Below, one piece after another: positions 59,385 to 64,000 of a DNA stretch of 64,000 bases (position 1 is its first letter; the number at the start of each line of letters is the position of its first letter). The DNA comes from Anaeromyxobacter sp. (GTDB lineage Bacteria; Myxococcota; Myxococcia; Myxococcales; Anaeromyxobacteraceae): positions 544,001 to 608,000 of the forward strand of contig JASGJN010000022.1 of the NCBI GenBank assembly GCA_049840735.1, read 5' to 3'. Both the position numbers and the translations under genes were made by a program. The notes beneath the pieces were generated by a model that did not search any database, was not told the origin of the DNA, and saw only the letters and a list, made by a program, of their open reading frames with translations.

Positions 59385-59996
59385 TCAGCGCTCCGGGCGC
59401 AGCACCAGGTCCACCTCGATGTCCACCTGGTCCTTCACCGCCAGCGCGCCGCCCATGGACGAGAACGGGCGGATGCCGTAGCCGGACTGCCGGATCCGCC
59501 CGCGCGCCTTCACCCGCCAGCCCGGCCCGTCCGGCGTGGCCTCGACCGCCAGGTCGAGCGGGCGCTCCTGGCCGTGCAGCGCGAGCTGGCCGTGCGCCGT
59601 CCCCTTGCGCGCGCCGCCCTCGCCCGGCGCGTCCAGCTCCAGCCCTTCGCAGCGCCAGGTAATCTCCGGGTGGCGCTCGACGTCGAGCAGGTCCGCGCCG
59701 CGGGCTTGGCCCGAGACCTTGCGCCGGTCCGCCTCGGAGAGCCCCTCGGCGTGATCCTCCAGCGTGCGCGCGTCGATTCGGACCGCGACCCGGGCCCGGG
59801 CCGGATCGCCGTCCGGCAGCTCCGCCGTGGCGCTCCAGCGGCCCGGCTGGAAGGCGTGATCGTGCGCGAACGGCGAGAAGAGCCCCTTCTTGTAGACGCG
59901 CATGACCACCTTGCCGTCGCCCGGGCCGGACCTCAAGGTGGCGGAGCCGGTGCCGGCGGCGAGCGCGAGCGGGAGCAGCAGCGGGAGCGCGGTCAT
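59385..59996 (-). CDS. YceI family protein
   Basis: Signal peptide; LLDVERHPEITW, GQLALHG, YGIRPFS. Confidence 0.85.
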   Translation of the reverse strand: MTALPLLLPLALAAGTGSATLRSGPGDGKVVMRVYKKGLFSPFAHDHAFQPGRWSATAELPDGDPARARVAVRIDARTLEDHAEGLSEADRRKVSGQARGADLLDVERHPEITWRCEGLELDAPGEGGARKGTAHGQLALHGQERPLDLAVEATPDGPGWRVKARGRIRQSGYGIRPFSSMGGALAVKDQVDIEVDLVLRPER

Positions 59997-60008
59997 GGCG
60001 GGTGCCCT

Positions 60009-60803
60009 TCACTGGAAGACATAGCCGACGCGGAAGTTCGGGTGGACCATGCGGTCCGGGTAGCCCACCACCTCGCCCACCACCTCCCAGCGGCCGCCGG
60101 CCAGCAGGCGCAGCCCCGCGTCCCAGGTCGGGCCGGTGTAGTCGCTCTCCAGGACGTTGCCGTCGCTGGTGACCTCGAAGCGGCCGCGCAGCGTCACCAC
60201 GCCCGCGCCGGCGTAGGGCTCCAGGGTCACCTTCCCCGCCATGAAGTGGCCGCCCACCGAGAGCTCGGCCCCGGCGAGCCTGGTGAGGAGCTCGTCGCGC
60301 GTGTCCGGATCGGTGACCGGCGAGGTGGAGCGGGCGTAGACCCCGCGCACGCGCAGCCCGGCGCGGAACGCGCCCGGCACCCAGGCCAGCCCGGCCTCCA
60401 GCGACAGGTCGTGGGTGGCGACCTCGCGGATCTTCACCGGCGGGACGTAGGCGCCGCCCAGGAAGGCGCGGAAGTCGCCGGGCAGCCCCAGCCCCACCGA
60501 CGCGCGCGGGCGCGGGAAGAGCCGGGTCCGGTCGGAGGCGGTGATCTGCGTCTTGGCGCCGGTGGCGCCGTCGATCACCGGGATGGTGACCAGCTCCACC
60601 GACAGGTCCCACTGTCCGCCGGCCAGCGCCCCCGGCGCCTGCAGCGCCGGGAGGTCGAGCAGGAGCGAGTGGAGCTCGATGAGCCGCTCCTCCTGGTCGG
60701 CCATGGTCTGGCCGGCGGCCAGGCCAGGAAGCGCGACCAGTATGAGCAGCGCCAGCCAGCGGCCGCGGAGTCGAAGGCCAGGCGTTGCACGGGCCCGGCT
60801 CAT
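60009..60803 (-). CDS. Hypothetical protein, probable outer-membrane beta-barrel
   Basis: Signal peptide; alternating beta strands; ends NFRVGYVFQ; ATGA overlap. Confidence 0.65.
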   Translation of the reverse strand: MSRARATPGLRLRGRWLALLILVALPGLAAGQTMADQEERLIELHSLLLDLPALQAPGALAGGQWDLSVELVTIPVIDGATGAKTQITASDRTRLFPRPRASVGLGLPGDFRAFLGGAYVPPVKIREVATHDLSLEAGLAWVPGAFRAGLRVRGVYARSTSPVTDPDTRDELLTRLAGAELSVGGHFMAGKVTLEPYAGAGVVTLRGRFEVTSDGNVLESDYTGPTWDAGLRLLAGGRWEVVGEVVGYPDRMVHPNFRVGYVFQ

Positions 60804-61930
60804 CTCGGCGCCCTCGCCAGGCCGGCCGAGAACCGGCCGGTGGTGTCGAAGCCGGCGTAGTAGAGCCTCCAGCCGTCGGCGTCGAGCAGCGCCGAGGGGG
60901 TGGTCAGGCCGCCGGAGTCGAAGGTGCCGGCGTCGCCCGGGCCGATGGCCGCGCCCGCGGGGCCGGGCTGCGGGAGCTTGATCCAGGTGATCCCGTCGTC
61001 CGACTCGGCGTACCCGATGGTGCCCTTGCTCGGCCCGCCGAACGGGCCGGGCGTGGCGCAGGCGCGGTACCACATGCGGTAGAGGCCGTCCCGCTCCTTC
61101 ACCACGGTGGGCTGGTAGGCGCAGGCGGCGTCGAAGCTCCCGGCCGCGCCCAGGTCCAGCACCGCGCCGGTGACCGTCTTGCCGGGCACCTTGGTCCAGG
61201 TGCGGGCGTCCGTCGAGACCGCCAGCCCCACGCGCCAGGAGTTGGTGACGTCGTTGGCCGAGTAGTACATCCGGTACTGGTCGCCGTCCTTGATGACCCA
61301 GACGTACCCGATCTGCTGCGCGTCGAACTCGCCCGCAGCGCCCAGCGGCAGGACGCTGCCGCCCGGGCCGTCGCCGTCGTAGTGCTTGGTCCAGTGGACG
61401 CCGTCGGCGGAGTCGGCGTAGCCGACGCGCCGGTCCAGCGCGAGCGTGCCGGTGGGGCAGTTGAAGGGGGAGGCGCTGCCGTTGAACCACATGCGCCAGG
61501 TGGCGCCGTCCTGCAGCACGAAGGGGCGGTAGGTCAGGAACGAGTCGAAGCTCCCCGGCTCGCCCACGTCCAGCAGCGCGCCCCCCGGCCCGTCACCGGC
61601 CACGCGGGTGAAGGTGACGCCGTCGGTGGACGTGGCCAGCCCCGGGCGCCAGTGGGCGTCGTTGATGCCGGGGCAGGCCGCGTCGCCGGTCGCGTCGGCG
61701 CCGCCGTAGTAGAGCCAGATCTGGCCGTCGTGCTCGAGCGCGGCGACGGTGAAGTTGCCGCGCTCGTCGAAGGCGCCCTCGGCGCCCAGATCCAGCACCG
61801 CGCCGCCGGTGGCCGGGCCGGGGACCTTCTGCCAGGCCAGCGGCGTCAGCGGGGCGGTCTCGACGGAGCAGCCGGCCAGCGCGAGCAGCCCGGCGGCGAG
61901 CAGGGCGGGGAGGTTCCTCGAGCGCGCCAT
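60800..61930 (-). CDS. Lipoprotein with five-bladed beta-propeller glycosidase-like fold (GH32/43/130-like)
   Basis: LALAGC lipobox; repeated GxFD...YRMWY...GYAxSxDGxxWxK blades. Confidence 0.8.
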   Translation of the reverse strand: MARSRNLPALLAAGLLALAGCSVETAPLTPLAWQKVPGPATGGAVLDLGAEGAFDERGNFTVAALEHDGQIWLYYGGADATGDAACPGINDAHWRPGLATSTDGVTFTRVAGDGPGGALLDVGEPGSFDSFLTYRPFVLQDGATWRMWFNGSASPFNCPTGTLALDRRVGYADSADGVHWTKHYDGDGPGGSVLPLGAAGEFDAQQIGYVWVIKDGDQYRMYYSANDVTNSWRVGLAVSTDARTWTKVPGKTVTGAVLDLGAAGSFDAACAYQPTVVKERDGLYRMWYRACATPGPFGGPSKGTIGYAESDDGITWIKLPQPGPAGAAIGPGDAGTFDSGGLTTPSALLDADGWRLYYAGFDTTGRFSAGLARAPR

Positions 61931-61938
61931 GGCGGGCC

Positions 61939-62334
61939 TCAGTAGCCGCCGCCGGTGACCTGGCCGTTGGTCACCGCCAGCGTCCCCTGGAACGCGGTGT
62001 TGGTGGGATCCGTGGCGTCGTGGAAGGTGCAGACCGCGACGCTGGGCGGGGAGACCTCGGTCGAGGTCATCGAGTCCAGGTTGGCGACGTCGAGCACGGC
62101 GCAGTCGTCCGAGGCGATGCCGTGGGCGACCGAGTCCTCGTTCTCGAAGTGGACCGTGCCGCCCGGCTTCACGCAGGCGGCCTTGGGGCTCACGCCGGTG
62201 GAGTCGATGGTGAAGGTGGTCCGGGTGCCGGGGTTGCAGGTCTGCGAGCCGCCGCCTCCGCCGCCCCCACCGCCGCCACACGCGGTCGCCACCAGGAGCG
62301 CTGCCATGCACCACGTCCGAGCGTCCAATGCCAT
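61939..62334 (-). CDS. Small cupredoxin-like lipoprotein
   Basis: GGAGG RBS; ATAC plus poly-Gly; VSPKAACVKPGGTVHFENEDSVAHGI. Confidence 0.7.
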   Translation of the reverse strand: MALDARTWCMAALLVATACGGGGGGGGGGSQTCNPGTRTTFTIDSTGVSPKAACVKPGGTVHFENEDSVAHGIASDDCAVLDVANLDSMTSTEVSPPSVAVCTFHDATDPTNTAFQGTLAVTNGQVTGGGY

Positions 62335-62448
62335 GTCCGTTCCTCCGTCCGTGAGGGCCTGGGCCCTCCATGGGGGAACGGACACCGGACGCACCGGCGA
62401 CGGGACAGGGGCGCCCCGTCGTGGCCGTCCGGGCACCCGCGCAGGGGC

Positions 62449-63414
62449 TCAGCGGTACAGCTTCGCCAGCTCGTCGACCCGCTGCCGCAGCTCGGCGCGC
62501 ACGTCGGCCGGCGACTCGACCGTGGCCTCGCCGCCGTGGCCCAGCACGAGGCCGAGCAGCCAGTTGCCCGGCGTGACGCGGCGGACCACCGAGACCGAGC
62601 CGTCCGCGTGCGGGGTGGGCCTGGCGCCGGCGGCGCTCGCCTGGCGGGCGGCGCTGCCGGTGAGCCGCAGCGTCACCTCGCGCTCGGCGCCGGAGGCGAA
62701 GTAGAGCGCCCGGGCGTAGCGCTGCAGCGGCGGCCCCTGGTGCCGGCCGAAGACGCGGGCGCCGACCGTCACGCCGGCAATCCGGTCCAGGCGGTAGAGG
62801 TGCTCCTCCGCCTTCTCGACGTTCCAGGCGGCCAGGTACCAGGCGCCGTCCCGCTGGAAGAGCGCGCGCGGCTCGATGGCCCGCGGCGCCGGGGCGGCGT
62901 CGCGCACCGAGAGGTACTCCAGCGTCACCTCCAGGCGGCGCTGGATGGCCTCCTGCAGCGGCGGGCCCCAGGGCGCCGGAGGCGCGGCCGGCACGTCCAG
63001 GCCGCGCATGAGCTGGTCGGCCCGGGCGCGGAGCGGCTCGGGGATGGCCTGGCGCAGCTTGCGGACCGTGTCGCGCGCCGGCTTGCCGGCCTCGCGCGCG
63101 GCCGGCTCCAGCGCCGCCAGCAGCACCGCCCCTTCACCCAGCGAGAAGGCCAGCGGCCGGTCCAACCGCGTGCCGTAGGCCAGGTGGAACTCGCCCTCCT
63201 CGTAGAAGAGCCCGATGGCATCCTCGCCGGTGGCCGGGTCGCTCCAGAGCGACTGCACGCTCTCGATGTCGGCCACCAGCTCGCCCACGTGGCGGGCGCC
63301 GGTGAGCGCCAGCGCCCGCGCCGCCGGCACGCCGCGCCCCTCGCGCGCCGCGCGCCCCGCCGCGGGCAGCAGCAGGAGCAGCCGGCGCAGCCGCTTCAGG
63401 TAGCCCGCGTTCAC
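62449..63414 (-). CDS. WYL domain regulator (PafC-like)
   Basis: GTG start; RAIEP...GAWYLAAW...YRLDRI; WCX-like tail VESPADVR. Confidence 0.88.
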   Translation of the reverse strand: MNAGYLKRLRRLLLLLPAAGRAAREGRGVPAARALALTGARHVGELVADIESVQSLWSDPATGEDAIGLFYEEGEFHLAYGTRLDRPLAFSLGEGAVLLAALEPAAREAGKPARDTVRKLRQAIPEPLRARADQLMRGLDVPAAPPAPWGPPLQEAIQRRLEVTLEYLSVRDAAPAPRAIEPRALFQRDGAWYLAAWNVEKAEEHLYRLDRIAGVTVGARVFGRHQGPPLQRYARALYFASGAEREVTLRLTGSAARQASAAGARPTPHADGSVSVVRRVTPGNWLLGLVLGHGGEATVESPADVRAELRQRVDELAKLYR

Positions 63415-64000
63415 GGCGCCCTCCCGTCCAGCGCGGCCGCCAGCCCGGCCAGGATCTCGCGCGCCAGCGCCCGCCCCTCGGCCGGCGCCACCAGCTCGGC
63501 GTTCGGCCCCCAGGCCAGCGCCTGCCGCACCAGGCCGCGCAGGTTGCGCACCTCCAGCCGCGCCAGCCGGGCGCCGTCCGGCTCGGCGCTGAGCCGCGCG
63601 CCGGGCAGGAGCGTGCGGGCGATCCTCGCCAGCGCGCCGCGGAAGCGGACCTGCGCCTCGAGCGGTGGGTGGTCCTGGTAGTCCCAGGCCTGCTGCCGCG
63701 CCCAGCGCCGGATGTCGAAGTCCTCCGGGATGCGGTAGCCCTCGCGCGGCGAGACGCGCAGGCGCGAGGCGCGCGAGAGATAGAAGATGCGGACCGCGTC
63801 GCGCAGGTGGCAGTGGCCCACGAAGATCCACTCGCCGCGGCGGCGGGCCCAGCCGTAGACGTCCACCGCCCGCTCGAGCCGCTCGCCGGTGCCGACCCGC
63901 AGGTAGTCGAAGCGGATGCGGCGCCGGCGCTCCCAGGCGTCGACGAGCTTCTTGAGCGCGGCGTCCCCCGCCGGCGCCCCCTCGCCCGGCTCCAGCGGCG
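63411..64000 (-). CDS. WYL domain regulator (PafB-like), 5' end outside window
   Basis: IRFDY...RAVDVYG...WIFVGHCHLRDAVRIFYLSR; GTGA overlap with the next WYL gene. Confidence 0.85.
   Translation of the reverse strand, partial: PLEPGEGAPAGDAALKKLVDAWERRRRIRFDYLRVGTGERLERAVDVYGWARRRGEWIFVGHCHLRDAVRIFYLSRASRLRVSPREGYRIPEDFDIRRWARQQAWDYQDHPPLEAQVRFRGALARIARTLLPGARLSAEPDGARLARLEVRNLRGLVRQALAWGPNAELVAPAEGRALAREILAGLAAALDGRAP

Overview
Very GC-rich bacterial DNA. The gene content (Hanks kinases fused to an AAA ATPase and TPR repeats, NGISQ-repeat and Gly-rich lipoproteins) suggests an Anaeromyxobacter-like myxobacterium; this is inference. In order, the window holds: two tandem M8/leishmanolysin-like peptidases, a Gfo/Idh/MocA oxidoreductase, a REP-derived hairpin array, an S41 peptidase, a membrane-anchored RppH-like Nudix protein, and a kinase-OPT transporter-kinase module. 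Next come a five-gene transglutaminase/DUF2126/ATP-grasp/alpha-E/NTN peptide-ligase operon, sbcCD, an RND pump, a pullulanase lipoprotein, a receiver-PPDK_N protein with gdhA, three coupled orphan genes and a NarL-type regulator. It ends with a GntR-headed flavoprotein/ferredoxin/HEAT/sulfonate-type ABC cluster, a CoA transferase, a cold-shock protein, a lipid A acyltransferase, a four-gene envelope operon and a WYL pair. No rRNA, tRNA, CRISPR or transposase was seen. Main observations: one REP family is intergenic, tandemly amplified and also inserted in frame inside a protein; all four frameshifts and many rare codons fall at GATC, suggesting cytosine methylation; and an identical 16-bp palindrome lies upstream of two parts of the redox/ABC cluster. 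All product calls come from motif recognition by eye; no database searches were run.
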